Assembly: GCF_018977255.1 (NCBI RefSeq)
Contig: NW_024704743.1
Location: 45,510,001 to 45,574,000, forward strand
DNA length: 64,000 nucleotides
Direction of reading: 5' to 3'
DNA from: Callorhinchus milii
Taxonomy: Eukaryota
A model generated the notes under the pieces. It searched no databases and was not told the origin of the DNA. It saw nothing but the letters and a program-made list of their open reading frames with translations. Positions 36,401-46,650 of this stretch are shown one piece after another. How positions within the stretch are numbered: the first letter of the stretch is position 1; each line of letters begins with the position of its first letter. A program made the translations under genes and the position numbers.

Positions 36401-39400
36401 ACTTCACATGAGGGAAAAGGAAATAGAAGGAATGGGAGAGTAAGGAATTGGTGAAGACTTGGTGTATAATCACGGCACAAACTGGTTGAGCTGAGTGGCC
36501 TATTTCTGTATTGTACATTATGTGTAATTCTTTATAATAACAAAAGCCACCACATACCTCTTTGATAACAATTCATATTCTTGTAAAATTGTTAACAGGT
36601 GTTCTACAATTGTGACTTCTCCTATCTTCACTCTGCACTTGGGACTTCAAAGAAAAAGAATATTAAAAATAATCATTTTTGATTAAACTGCAACAACAAC
36701 AAGATTCCATTTATAGAGCGCCTTTCACGTCGGGAGGACGTCCCAAGGCTCTGTACAGTTGGGTCAGGACCCGAGCAGGGGGGAAATGGTCAAGGTGAGG
36801 GGAGGGAAGGAGCGAGGAGGCGGTAGAGAGTCGAGAGGGGAGCTGAAGGCATGGTCAAAGAGAAAGGTCTTGAGACCGGCCGTGAAGGAGGAAAGGGAGG
36901 AGGCGGCGAAGGCACTGGGGGATAGGGTTCCAGAGCCTCGGGGCAGAGAGGCTGAAGGCCCGGACACCGATGGTAGGGCGGTTGGGGCGGGGGATGTGGA
37001 GCAGACTGGAGCCAGAGGAACAGAGGGTACGGGCAGGTAGGTTGGGGAATAGTAGGTTTGAGAGGTAGGAGGGAGCAAGGCCGTGAATGGCCTTGTAGGT
37101 GAGGATGAGGATCTTGAAATCAATCCTCTGGGGGATGGGGAGCCAGTGGAGGCGAGCGAGGGTGGGAGTGATGTGGTCCCGAAGCCTGGTGCGGGACAGT
37201 ACACGAGCTGCAGAGTTCTGAATGACCTGCAGGTTGTGGAGGGAGGTGCCGGGAAGGCCGGCGAGGAGAGAGTTCCCATAGTCCATCCTTGAGGTGATAA
37301 AGGCGTGGACCAGAGTTTCAGCAGCGTGAGGGGTGAGGTAGTGCCGTAGTCTGGCGATATTCCGGAGGTGGTGGAAGGCGGTGCCAGTTGTGGCGCGGAT
37401 ATGAGGGAGAAAGGACAGCTCAGGGTCGAACAGAAGGCCGAGGTTACTGACTGGCTTTGAGAGGTTGAGAGTGCAGCCTTGGACTAATTTGTATGATACT
37501 TTATATTGTTTATTATTTAGGAAGTATACCTTTCAGCTAAGCTGGTAAGTGCAAGGAGAGCTCCCAATAATACATTGTTGTCCTTGGCTGCTAATAGCTT
37601 TACCAGAGTCTAAAGAGAACACAGCTCAGGTTACAATATAACAATGGGCTAAAATATGATGTAATAAAAACACTGGTGATAATTAGCACAACACACGTCA
37701 CATTTTGCATCACTGCAAAATTCAAGCTGTTAATTATCACAACCCACCTCACAATTTACACATTTGAAAGAAAGCTAGACCTTCTATATGAGGGGGGATA
37801 GAAGGGTATGGGAGGGAGTAAGGAATAGGTGGAGACTCTTGTGAAGTACAAACACTGGCACGGACTGGTTGGGCCGAGTGGCCTTTTCCGTGCTGTACAT
37901 TCTTTGTAAATCTTTGCAATCTTTTCACCCTAAAACTTAAATCTTTATTCCTGGAATAATGCTAATTTATGCCTGTTTCTGGTGCAACATACTAAATGTT
38001 CAGCAGTTCCTGTGCTCCAGGGGCAAGCAATTGTTCTACTTCTAAAATAGACTGTACACCAATGTATAAGTAAAAAAGGGCAAAATAGTGATTTTGATCA
38101 CGGAGTATCATTTATGTGTTAACATGAAGTATAATGAGAAGATCTCAAGGGTTGCAATTGCCTGCATTGATAGTAACTGATGTCTACTAAGATCAGTTAA
38201 CTCAATGTAGAGCAGGAATCAAACCGTGCAACGGCTTAGTGACACTCTGGCTAAAATAAGTGGTTCAATCGACAAATGAAATTTAAAATTAAATGAAAAA
38301 ATACTAACCTATTAAGGATTATTGAATAAATAACTATCATACCAAACGTATTGTATAACAAATTTACTAGGAATGTTGGCAATCCACAAATGTATTGAAT
38401 GTCTTTATAGGTGTCACAGGAATCTCATACCTTGTGCGCTCCACACGCAGTGACCCATTCTCTTTGTTCCACAACAGCAGCCAGCTTTTGAAAAATGTCT
38501 GAAAAGATAATCCAAATCAAATTAAATAACACTTCCAAATACCAAATGCAATATTGTTACTATTATTATTGTTGTGGAGTCCTGTAGCTCAGTGGTTAGA
38601 GCACTCGCCTCGCAAGCGAGAGATCTGGGTTCAATTTCTAGGAGAGCCAAAAGTTGGGCAAGTTTCCTTACTCCACATTCCTCTGTTTATCTAGCAGCAC
38701 ATAGGAACCTGGTTGTTAGTCAATTGGCAGATAAAAATAATAATAATAATCCTTGCATTTGATATAGCGCTTTTCACGTCGGGAGGACGTCCCAAAGCGC
38801 TTCACAGAATATACTGTAAAGTGAATTGACTGTATATTTGTGGGCGAACGCGGCAGCCAATTGCGCACAGCAATGTCCCACAAACAGTCGTAGATTGAAA
38901 ATGACCAATTTATTATTGTTTTGGATTTTGGAGTGATTATTATTAGGCGTGTGGAGTAAGGAAACTTGCCCAAGGTTTCGCCCTGCCTGGAATTGAACTC
39001 AGGTCTCTCGCTTGCAAAGCGAGTGCTCTAACCACTGAGCTACAGGACTCCACATTTCCGGGGTAGTAATTCCTTAAAAAAAATAATAAATTGGTCACTC
39101 AATCCACGACTGTTTGTGGGACACTGCTGTGTGCAATTGGCTGCTGCGTTTCGCCCACAAAATATACAGTCAATTCACTTGCAGTATATCCTGTGAAGCC
39201 CTTGAGTTGTCTCGAAGATGTGATTAAATGCTTGTATCAAATGCAAGTATTATTATTATTAATGTTAAAGAATGCTGGATACCGTATTAAGAACATTTTG
39301 CTAATGTCCACACTTGAATTTACTAGGGAAACAAGGAAATTTGGTTCAGTGAATACCAAGTTTTGCCGTGAACATTTTCACATTACAAAGTATCTGAAAA

Positions 39401-42400
39401 TTCTCCAGAAAAAAGAAGAATCAGTGCCATCAGCGGTCAAGCCTTCAGCCTCTCCGGTCCCATCTTTTGGAATTCCATTCCACAGTCCCTTCTCCTTGCT
39501 GCTTTCTTGGCCTCCTTCAAAGCCTGTCTCAAAACTTTCCTCTTCGATTGTGCCCTTGGTCATCCTCCTACCCCTAAACTCCCTGATCCCAACCCCCAGC
39601 TTGGATCCAAATCCCTGACTGTCCAGCACCTAGGGAAATCCTCCCAACGTGAAAGGCGCAATATAATGTAATTTTTTGTTGTTGTGATAGAGAATGTCTC
39701 AAAGCATTTTATAAAAATGGAGTAGAAAAAATTTGCATTTAATTTTGTAATTTTCTCCCAGTGAGACAATATTAATATTTAGAATCCTATTATTGAACTA
39801 TTTAACACAGTTATTTAAATTCTAAACAATAATAATATCTGTAGAATTTAAAATCCCTCACTAAAGGAATTAAATCTGCATTTTGTAACCAGATAGCACA
39901 ATTACACCAGCACTTGTTTCATGACAGGTCTGATGCTTGGATAAGGACTGCAAAGCAAAACTTTGGTTTGTCTCTGTGGAGACGCACCCTTTGCCTCTGG
40001 GTCAGACATTCTCTATAACAACAACAACAAATTACATTTTTATGGGCAGTCAGGGATTTGGAGTCCTGTAGCTTCGTGGTTAGAGCACTCGCCTCACAAG
40101 CGAGAAGACCTGAGTTCGATTCCCGGCAGAGCAAAACGTTGAGTAAGTTTCCTTACTCTCCACGTCTCTATTTACCTAGCACCTGGTTGTTAGTCGATTG
40201 GCAGATCCCTTTTCCGGAATTGAAAAATGAATATGTAACTTTTTGAAAACAATGGAAAAATTATGAAAATATAATGTGATCAGAAAATAGCAGTAATACA
40301 CTGAACTACTTTGAGTAGCTCATGCTCAATTTGATATATATAATAGTTAACCTATAGTAACCATTTATTTTTTTAAAAATATTTTTAGATGGGAAATTAG
40401 ACTTGAGATCCAATGTTGTAGACCACTATAAATTACAATGATGAATTTCAAATGACTGTTCAGTAGGACTACATTCCTTCCTGGTTAAAAGCAATGCATA
40501 ATACAATACAAAATTATATTTGTAAAGCGCCTTTCATGTTGGGAGGATGTCCCAAGGCGCTGTTTTTGTGTCAATCCCACAAAATGTATAGTAACTGCTC
40601 CCTGATGCAAATGAAAAATTGCAATTATACCACAACAATTTACATAATGCCTTTCACGTTGGGAGGATGTCTCAAAGTGCTACACACAGCTAGCTGGCTG
40701 CTTGGCTGAAAGGATGGAAGGGGTGAAGGAGAGGATCTCTGAGATGGATTGAGGGCAGGGTGTGGAGACATGAAACAGGACCCTGTTTGCTGAAAAGAGG
40801 GAGCGGCTGGGTCAGTAGGATCACAGGAGATGACAGAAGTAGAGTGAGTGATTAAAAATATAATATATTAAAAGTATAAGGTATTTCAATAACTAAACCC
40901 TTTGATGAGTCACTAAGTTGCATTTAAAGAAACTGAACTTACATGTCATGGTGACCAGTCTGTCAACAACAAACTGCTGTCCCCCATATCCAAGATAACC
41001 GTGAGTCACATTCTCCATATACTAACACAGAAAAAAACACAAGATGTATTTAAAAATGGCCAACCATGTTTGGCATTTCAGTTGAATTTTATATATTCTT
41101 GAAACAAACCTGTGCTAAGGTCTCAACTCCTCCAAGCTCATTGAAAACTTTCTGAAATAAAAAACAACCACTAACATGTAAATGTTCGTGTGGTCATCTC
41201 AAGGAAAAATACACAACCCAGTTATATCCAAAACCAATGTACATTTGCAAAATTCTGTGCTTGATATTCATTACTATAATGAAATATAATTTATAAATTA
41301 AACATGTATAAAGTATGCAGACTAAGAGGAGAAAAAATGTCAATAATGATAAATTGTATTTTATTGTACAAACCTGATAAAATGAATCTCTCATTATCAA
41401 TCTCAAACAGATTAGCACCCGGAGACAATTCGCAGGTGGCGCTCGATCCACCCACTCTCTGTAATGTAATAGAAAAGATAATAATAATAACAATCCTTGT
41501 ATGTAATATAGTGTCTTATTGTGTTGAAATGTCTCAAAGTAACTTCACAGAGTTTCCTGTGATGTGCAGTCACAGTGTATACAGAGCAACCAATTTGTTG
41601 GCCCAGACACTGGGAAAAACTCCCTTTTCTATTTCAATAGTGCCATGCCATTATCAAATGTTTATCTCAATAGGCAGATGAGATTTCAGTTTAACGTTTC
41701 ATCTGAAGGACAGCATCTCCAACAATTTTATCAATCTTGACACCTGATATGCTGCTTGTTGGTATATTCATCAACCTTAATGGTGTGAGCTAATAAGGGG
41801 ATATTAACTTTACCTGACAACTGATAATAAGATACTCTCTCCCACCAAGATTATATTTACAGGTGTCACCCTGGCTCAGTTGGATGCACACTCTCCTCTG
41901 AGTCAGAAGGTTATTGGTTCAAGTCCTCACAGTAGAGGCTAACGCTCCTATGCGGTGGTAAGGGAGCGCTGTATTATTGAAGGTGCTATCTTTAGGATGA
42001 GATGTTAAACCAAGGCTTCGGCTGCTTGCTCAAGTGATGTGAAAGACGGTGTGACACCATTCGAAAAGAGTAGGGAGTTTCTCCTGGGGTCTTGATCAAC
42101 AATTCTCCAAATAAAAATGGCTACTCACTTCTTGGCTGTTTGTGGGAAATTTCTGTGTGCAAATTTGCTGTTGTGTTTATCTACTAACTCCAGTGAATTA
42201 ATTGGAGGATTAATTCTCCCTTCCCTGATAAAATAGGCCTTGCTGTGAACATGTGACTGCACGTTTTGTGCAAGGTTTTTTTTTGTGCAAAATGCAAGGT
42301 TTTTTCTTACCCAAATTGAAGAATCATCTCAAACAATTGATGTAATTAAAATTTTTACATATTTGAAACTTCTAAGCAAACAATTCTTTTTAACAAAGGT

Positions 42401-45400
42401 CCCTTTGTAGTGCATTTTCCCTGTATTTTTAACTATATTATCAATATAAATGCATAACAGCATTCACAAAAGAAAAAGAATCAAAGATTAATAGTACTCC
42501 AGCGCCATTTTAACAATTCCTATAATAGAAACCCAAAATAATTAAATTCAAGCTTAATGATATAGATGGTGGATATCTAGGCAAGATGAACAAACTCAGT
42601 GACAAGCAATGCAATTTACACCTATAGTACCTTTCGGGATAGAAGGAGGTCTAGAAGACGTGATAAGGCGCTATACCAAATGCAAGGATTATTATTATTA
42701 TTAAGTGGCCTATAAAGATCTTTTAATCTTTGTGCTTCAAAGTGTTTGACTGAAACAATGAATATAATAATAATCCTTGTATTTGATATAGCACCTTATC
42801 ACGTCTTTGACACATCTCAAAGCGCTTCACAGAATATACTGTAAAGTGAATTGACTGCATACATTTCATAACAATTTAGCAATACACAGTATTCAGTTCT
42901 ACCTGCAAGTGAGTCGCTGCTTTACCAATGCAGTGAAAATCTCCAGAAAGCATTTGTGGTAAGGATGACAGCTAAACTTCCTTTCATTTTTGTAATTGAC
43001 ACTGTAATAAAAGAATGAAAAGAAATGACTGGCAAAGAGGGAAAGAAATGACTTGTGACAATGGCTTTTTATGAAATGAGATAACATTCTGTTGTAATAT
43101 CCTACAGCATGCTGCTTTCTACACAGTAATGAATCTGTCATTTACTTTCAACCACTTCATACAAATTAATACTAATCTGGGCTGCTGTATGAAAATAAAG
43201 TCAGGCCAAAAAATGTTTCCATATAACAATAATCATGATGTTAATAATAATCCTTGCATTTGATGTAGCGCCTTATCACGTCTTGAAGGCGTCTCAAAGC
43301 GCTTCACAGAATATACTGTAAAGTGAATTGACTGTATATTTTGTGGGAGAAACTTATCTCGTGACTTTTTTGTCTCTATTTACAATAGTTAAGTAACTAA
43401 ATATTCACATTACTTCAATATAGTAATATTCCAGCCATGAAATTCAGTAGTTTATGACCACTAAAGTGCTTCACAGAGCTAACTAGGAGCACGAGCTCCC
43501 CTAGTGGATCAAATCCAACATCCTCATCCTCACATTCAAATCTCTTCATGGCCTCACTTCGCCCTATCTTTGACTTTCTGCAACTCTACCACCCCAGCTA
43601 CAACTTCCATTCGGGCCTGCTTCATGTCTTCTGCCTACATTAGTGAGTTTCAGCTATTCTACCCCCACTCACTTGAACTCCATTATGGAGTCCCTCCACC
43701 TCATCCCTCCCTCCCCACCTTTAAAGCTCACCTTAATTCCTTTCTTTTCACCTTTGGTCATCTTTGCCCCTTACCTTCCTCAACTTTACCAATCCCCAGC
43801 TCGGGTGCCCACTCAGCACTGTGAAGAACTTTGAGACATCCTATTGATGTGAAAGGTGCTTCATTATTTTTGTAACTAGTGTTTGTTCTTGTTGAGATAA
43901 TTGATAAAATTTATGTCAATTTGTTAAGTAATTATTATGCCAAATCTATACAAAACATTGTATATTTCCATCCATTGCTTAAGATTTGCTGTAGAACTAA
44001 ACCCACTACCTAGCGTCGACACATTGGTTCCCATAGTTATGATTTTAAAACCTGGATATGGGAATAGCCACCCCAACTTTGCTTTTAAATCCTGGAAGCA
44101 GCATTTGATTGCTGCTTCCCAGGATACCAACTGAGTTAAATCCATTTTGTGCTATTATCTGCACTCAAATGTCCTTCTCCACAACAAAACAATGTTGCTG
44201 GAACTTCGTGAAGATTAAAATGCTTTGACTGTTGCACAGATTAGTGGAACAATCATACTTTTTTGAGCTCTGAAACTACCTGCCTCTGTCTCTCTGCCTC
44301 GCCCCCTCTCTAACTTTCTTCAAATACCACATTCAAACCTACCTCTTAGACAGTGCCTATGACCACCTCTCCCCTTCCCTTCCTCCCAGCTTGGCATCCA
44401 AACCTGTATCTCTGAAGCCTTTGAAGGGTATTTATTATATGAATGCAAACTGTTGTTGGTGCTGGAGCTGCTCACAAAGATGACTACATTTTTTGTTTTG
44501 AAAAGAGGCAAACTCCATCAACTGGCAACAGGGAAAACATTTTAAGAATTAATTTAAAGAGGACAAAGACTATAACACGTGGTAGGATGACTAAAACTTG
44601 GTAGAATGCCTAACATTGGGTAGAATTATTTATTGCAGGACTGCTTCGAAAAGTGCTTTCACAAGAAGATTTATCAAATAACTTGTGACTCAAAGTACAA
44701 GCCTACATGGAGCCAAGACTGTTGATCTTTGCTGAAGAAAACAAACAGCCCCTTTGACACATACTCTGACGTGCGCTCTCACCTTCTGTACCAAAAGGCA
44801 AAGGCCAGCGTTGATGTAGAAAATACATCATAGAGCGCAACACTTGATTCCGTGCACTCCCCAGATTAATCCACAGAACTGGCTCAACTGCAGCAGTAGT
44901 TGGAAGTCGTAGAAAGAAAAATTGCACAAAGCATCCATATGTTGCCAGTAACAAACTGTTATTTTGAAATAAATATTTACTGAGTAATCGTTTGTGCACT
45001 TTGGCATCATTTACAAACTGATCCACTTTGCACTAGCAGTTGACTTCAAGCACAGCTTGAAACCCCAACATCAAGTCTTAGATTCTTTACTCAGGAAAAA
45101 ATAATACCTAAAAGCTTCAAGCTCCACGGCCTCTGTTGACTGTTGCTGTTGCTTACGAATGTGGATTCCACCATTTTGCTTTCCAGGAACAGAATGTTGC
45201 TGCTGTTGTGATTTTGCTACACTTACATGGCCCTTGTCAAAATGTAGAGCTGGTAACTGAAACAACAAACACAAAAACACAACACTGGAAACTTGCCATA
45301 ACTTCCAGAAGCAAGTAAGCAATGGATACATTTACAATTGTAATATATTCTATTCAAACAATGTTGTTTAGGATCTGTTGTTCTGAATCCAATTATTTGC

Positions 45401-46650
45401 ACTCTAAATAAGGATGGGGGAGGAGGAGAACAATTAATGACCAACAAGGATAATGTGTTATTTCTTTAAAACAGCACACAAAGAAGTTATGGATCAGTTG
45501 GGTGGGGTTTGACAATTAAAAGATAAATAGAAATGTGTCTTATCTACCAAAAACAGATTCAGACAACACTTAGGAAAATATGAACCAGTTATGATACCTG
45601 CTGCTTGCTTGCTGAAACACTCAAAAGAGCAAGTAGCCGTTTGAGGTCTGAATGTTCTCTGGAAACAGAAAAATAAAACTTGAAACATGAATTTAAAAAT
45701 GAATTAAATAAATCAGGATACCTTATAATAATAATAATCCTTGCATTTGATATAGCGCTTTTCACGTCGGGAGGACGTCCCAAAGCGCTTCACAGAACAC
45801 ACTGTAAAGTGAATTGACTATATTTGTGGGCGAACGCGGCAGCCAATTGCGCACAGCAATGTCCCACAAACAGTCATGTTTGTGGGACATTATACTCACT
45901 TTCACTTAATTTCAAGTCAGCTAATATTGAAGGGAAATAAAGCCAACTCCAAATAAATTACAATGTTTGTTTTGAATCGAGAACCAGACAAAGCTCTTTG
46001 TTTGGTGCACTATCAAAATTAAAAAAGGAGCAGGGAAATCAGTTAAATCAAGAATATCTGGATAATGGTAAACTTTTTAAAGTTTAAATTTACCAATTTA
46101 AAAGTTTTTAAATTGGAGTTTTAAAAGCCTGTGGATTTTTATTTTAAAGAAATATGTTTACTAACTACAGTAGGGGCTTTACACATTCATTTCTTTCAAT
46201 CAATATTGGAAAAATATGTGTCTTGCCAAACCCATCTCGACAGCTGTTGCCACCCACTGTAAGTGCACATCAATACTTATTAGTACAAGCTCTCCCAGCT
46301 ATAATGCTAGGCTATACATTTAAAAATATATAAATATAATTTTTAAAAACATATATAAAGAGTAAAGCAGGAAGAAGATTTTTAGGAAAATAGGCTTACC
46401 TGATGCACACTATGAAAATAGAAGTGAGAAGCTGTTAAGAGGTATTGTAGAGTATTAGTACAAAATCACAAGCAACAAAATAAGAGGGTTAGAAACATCT
46501 TGTGCTGCATACTTAAATACTGGTAGATTAAGAAACATTGAGAGCACAATATTATCAAGGAGGAGATCAAACATACTTGTCCGCAAGTCTTTTGAGTTTT
46601 GTGTCGGATGATCGTTCAGCAGCTTTGACCTTATTGTCTTGCTCAAGCAT
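3297..46650 (-). CDS. NEK10: Serine/threonine-protein kinase NEK10, 5' part (23 coding exons, 747 codons; 3' exons lie beyond the left window edge)
   Basis: Hand-spliced exons with GT-AG sites and consistent phases give a continuous ORF from MLEQDNKVK to NMLSLATK. It matches recalled human NEK10: armadillo region, [37 protein letters not shown]. Confidence 0.97.
4978..5153 (+). mobile_element. SINE, young subfamily, 5'-truncated
   Basis: Near-identical to the 3' half of 55722-56045. Confidence 0.88.
5945..6191 (+). mobile_element. Two tandem L2 LINE 3' ends
   Basis: Two copies of the ggacatcctcccgacg..aaaggcgc tail, each ending (TTG)n. Confidence 0.85.
7074..7195 (-). mobile_element. CR1-type 3' end fragment
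   Basis: aatcatagaatc terminal repeat and aggaggccattcggccca motif. Confidence 0.7.
8087..9272 (+). mobile_element. Deu-domain SINE interrupted by an L2 insertion
   Basis: Deu motif ggatgagacgttaaacc...tgttca|ggtggacgttaaagatccc split by L2; (TTA)n tail. Confidence 0.8.
8244..9017 (+). mobile_element. L2 LINE, young, 5'-truncated
   Basis: ORF2 C-terminus ([22 protein letters not shown]) plus 3' UTR and (TTG)n. Confidence 0.92.
9739..9814 (-). CDS. NEK10: NEK10 coding exon 22 ([24 protein letters not shown])
   Basis: 76 nt, tag/gtaagc, DFG and activation loop. Confidence 0.97.
10965..11345 (-). mobile_element. L2 LINE 3' fragment
   Basis: Similarity to other L2 copies in the window. Confidence 0.75.
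12840..13290 (-). mobile_element. Degenerate CR1 fragment
   Basis: Similarity to the 3' region of the CR1 at 29200-31880. Confidence 0.55.
13700..14365 (+). mobile_element. L2 LINE 3' fragment
   Basis: [17 protein letters not shown] motifs. Confidence 0.85.
14815..15512. mobile_element. L2 fragment (+) interrupted by an L2 3' end (-, ~15040-15297)
   Basis: ctccactggctccct is broken by caacaacaaattacatttgtatagcacc; host resumes near 15300. Confidence 0.7.
16826..17142 (-). mobile_element. L2 3' fragment
   Basis: (CAA)n tail and L2 3' UTR similarity. Confidence 0.7.
17905..18200 (+). mobile_element. Ancient tRNA-like SINE (family not identified)
   Basis: tggctcagtgg A-box, ggtttgatcc B-box; related fragments near 47850-47960 and 57400-57540. 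Confidence 0.45.
18770..18872 (-). CDS. NEK10: NEK10 coding exon 21 ([34 protein letters not shown])
   Basis: 103 nt, tag/gtaagt, catalytic loop. Confidence 0.97.
19166..19287 (-). CDS. NEK10: NEK10 coding exon 20 ([19 protein letters not shown]...WNIFMQ)
   Basis: 122 nt, tag/gtaaga. Confidence 0.97.
19811..19856 (-). CDS. NEK10: NEK10 coding exon 19 ([15 protein letters not shown])
   Basis: 46 nt, cag/gtaagt, phase 0 to 1. Confidence 0.95.
19878..21110 (-). mobile_element. CR1 LINE 3' part, with a SINE inserted at 20294-20588
   Basis: [15 protein letters not shown] and [14 protein letters not shown] motifs in the ORF track. Confidence 0.92.
20294..20588 (-). mobile_element. SINE, young subfamily, full length, tail hairpin deleted
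   Basis: Near-identical to 38735-39053. Confidence 0.9.
21109..21560 (+). mobile_element. Helitron-like non-autonomous element containing (GA)n tracts
   Basis: 5' TCTATACTAATAAA..tgtctctctgtctgtg and gagtcctccca repeats shared with 25732-26205; no clear CTAG end. Confidence 0.5.
21565..21900 (-). mobile_element. CR1 RT fragment
   Basis: [22 protein letters not shown]. Confidence 0.92.
22789..22926 (-). CDS. NEK10: NEK10 coding exon 18 ([30 protein letters not shown]...IIREQ)
   Basis: 138 nt, AG/GT, catalytic Lys motif AMKE. Confidence 0.97.
23016..23144 (-). CDS. NEK10: NEK10 coding exon 17 ([10 protein letters not shown]...[11 protein letters not shown]), kinase Gly-rich loop
   Basis: 129 nt, tag/gtaagt. 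Confidence 0.97.
23241..23343 (-). CDS. NEK10: NEK10 coding exon 16 ([34 protein letters not shown])
   Basis: 103 nt, cag/gtaagt. Confidence 0.96.
23477..24104 (+). mobile_element. L2 LINE, young, 5'-truncated
   Basis: Highly similar to 8244-9017. Confidence 0.92.
24268..24778 (-). mobile_element. L2 LINE 3' part (second subfamily)
   Basis: [30 protein letters not shown]. Confidence 0.9.
24925..24989 (-). CDS. NEK10: NEK10 coding exon 15 ([21 protein letters not shown])
   Basis: 65 nt, AG/GT, phase 0 to 2. Confidence 0.96.
25480..25557 (-). CDS. NEK10: NEK10 coding exon 14 ([26 protein letters not shown])
   Basis: 78 nt, cag/gtgagt, phase 0 to 0. Confidence 0.94.
25732..26205 (+). mobile_element. 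Non-autonomous Helitron
   Basis: A|TC 5' end, CTAG|T 3' end, subterminal hairpin GTTGCA-AGCGAAGC-TGCAAC (26174-26193), (TGTC)n near the 5' end, no TSD. Confidence 0.75.
26371..26975 (-). mobile_element. L2 LINE 3' part (second subfamily)
   Basis: [18 protein letters not shown]; similar to 24268-24778. Confidence 0.9.
29200..31878 (+). mobile_element. CR1 LINE, long disrupted copy (endonuclease end, RT, 3' UTR), with a SINE tail inserted at ~29855-29968
   Basis: [29 protein letters not shown]; ends attctatgattcta. Confidence 0.93.
32365..32660 (-). mobile_element. Deu-domain SINE fragment
   Basis: ttccacctgaacagacagatgg..cagtttaacatctcatccgaa. Confidence 0.7.
32896..32957 (-). CDS. NEK10: NEK10 coding exon 13 ([20 protein letters not shown])
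   Basis: 62 nt, AG/GT, phase 1 to 0. Confidence 0.96.
33771..33910 (-). CDS. NEK10: NEK10 coding exon 12 ([22 protein letters not shown]...TLSLQE)
   Basis: 140 nt, AG/GT, phase 2 to 1. Confidence 0.96.
34065..34392. mobile_element. Tc1/pogo (Tigger-like) MITE
   Basis: TA|CAGT...TTATAAC and TTATAAC...ACTG|TA imperfect TIRs with TA on both flanks. Confidence 0.6.
34705..34929 (-). CDS. NEK10: NEK10 coding exon 11 ([10 protein letters not shown]...QQLLHILQ), armadillo repeats
   Basis: 225 nt, cag/gtgagt; contained in ORF 34701..34973. Confidence 0.97.
35130..36532 (+). mobile_element. Degenerate CR1 LINE with internal deletion
   Basis: [19 protein letters not shown] motifs; CR1-type 3' UTR. 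Confidence 0.85.
35596..35770. mobile_element. MITE-like element with ~37-bp terminal inverted repeats
   Basis: 35596-35632 and 35734-35770 are reverse complements with 2 mismatches. Confidence 0.65.
36558..36644 (-). CDS. NEK10: NEK10 coding exon 10 ([28 protein letters not shown])
   Basis: 87 nt, aag/gtatgt, phase 2 to 2. Confidence 0.94.
36691..37482 (-). mobile_element. L2 LINE, young, 5'-truncated
   Basis: Highly similar to 8244-9017. Confidence 0.92.
37530..37609 (-). CDS. NEK10: NEK10 coding exon 9 ([26 protein letters not shown])
   Basis: 80 nt, AG/GT, phase 0 to 2. Confidence 0.95.
38431..38498 (-). CDS. NEK10: NEK10 coding exon 8 ([22 protein letters not shown])
   Basis: 68 nt, AG/GT, phase 1 to 0. 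Confidence 0.95.
38573..39261 (+). mobile_element. Older SINE split by an antisense young SINE
   Basis: Head 38573-38732 and tail 39054-39261 join to match 2021-2390. Confidence 0.85.
38735..39053 (-). mobile_element. SINE, young subfamily, full length
   Basis: tRNA-Ala-like head, Deu-like segment, L2 tail, (TTA)n. Confidence 0.92.
39420..39685 (+). mobile_element. L2 3' fragment
   Basis: 3' UTR similarity and (TTG)n. Confidence 0.75.
40943..41021 (-). CDS. NEK10: NEK10 coding exon 7 ([26 protein letters not shown])
   Basis: 79 nt, tag/gtaagt, phase 0 to 1. Confidence 0.94.
41110..41151 (-). CDS. NEK10: NEK10 coding exon 6 ([14 protein letters not shown])
   Basis: 42 nt, AG/GT, phase 0 to 0. 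Confidence 0.92.
41374..41458 (-). CDS. NEK10: NEK10 coding exon 5 ([28 protein letters not shown])
   Basis: 85 nt, AG/GT, phase 2 to 0. Confidence 0.95.
41865..42185 (+). mobile_element. Deu-domain SINE (SacSINE1-like)
   Basis: tggctcagttgg...ctctgagtcagaagg head; ggatgagatgttaaacc; gctgtttgtggga..ctgtgtgcaaattt. Confidence 0.75.
42903..43001 (-). CDS. NEK10: NEK10 coding exon 4 ([32 protein letters not shown])
   Basis: 99 nt, AG/GT, phase 2 to 2. Confidence 0.95.
43505..43865 (+). mobile_element. L2 3' fragment
   Basis: Similarity to other L2 copies. Confidence 0.7.
45108..45256 (-). CDS. NEK10: NEK10 coding exon 3 (LPALHFDK...[10 protein letters not shown])
   Basis: 149 nt, AG/GT, phase 0 to 2, conserved STEAVELE. 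Confidence 0.93.
45598..45658 (-). CDS. NEK10: NEK10 coding exon 2 ([20 protein letters not shown])
   Basis: 61 nt, AG/GT, phase 2 to 0. Confidence 0.93.
45725..45876 (-). mobile_element. SINE, young, 5'-truncated
   Basis: Near-identical tail with CTCCC loop. Confidence 0.88.
46577..46650 (-). CDS. NEK10: NEK10 coding exon 1 ([24 protein letters not shown]); the exon itself begins at 46675
   Basis: tttttacag acceptor; ACA-ATG context; gtatgt donor, phase 2; resembles human MPDQDKKVKTTEKSTDK. Confidence 0.88.
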
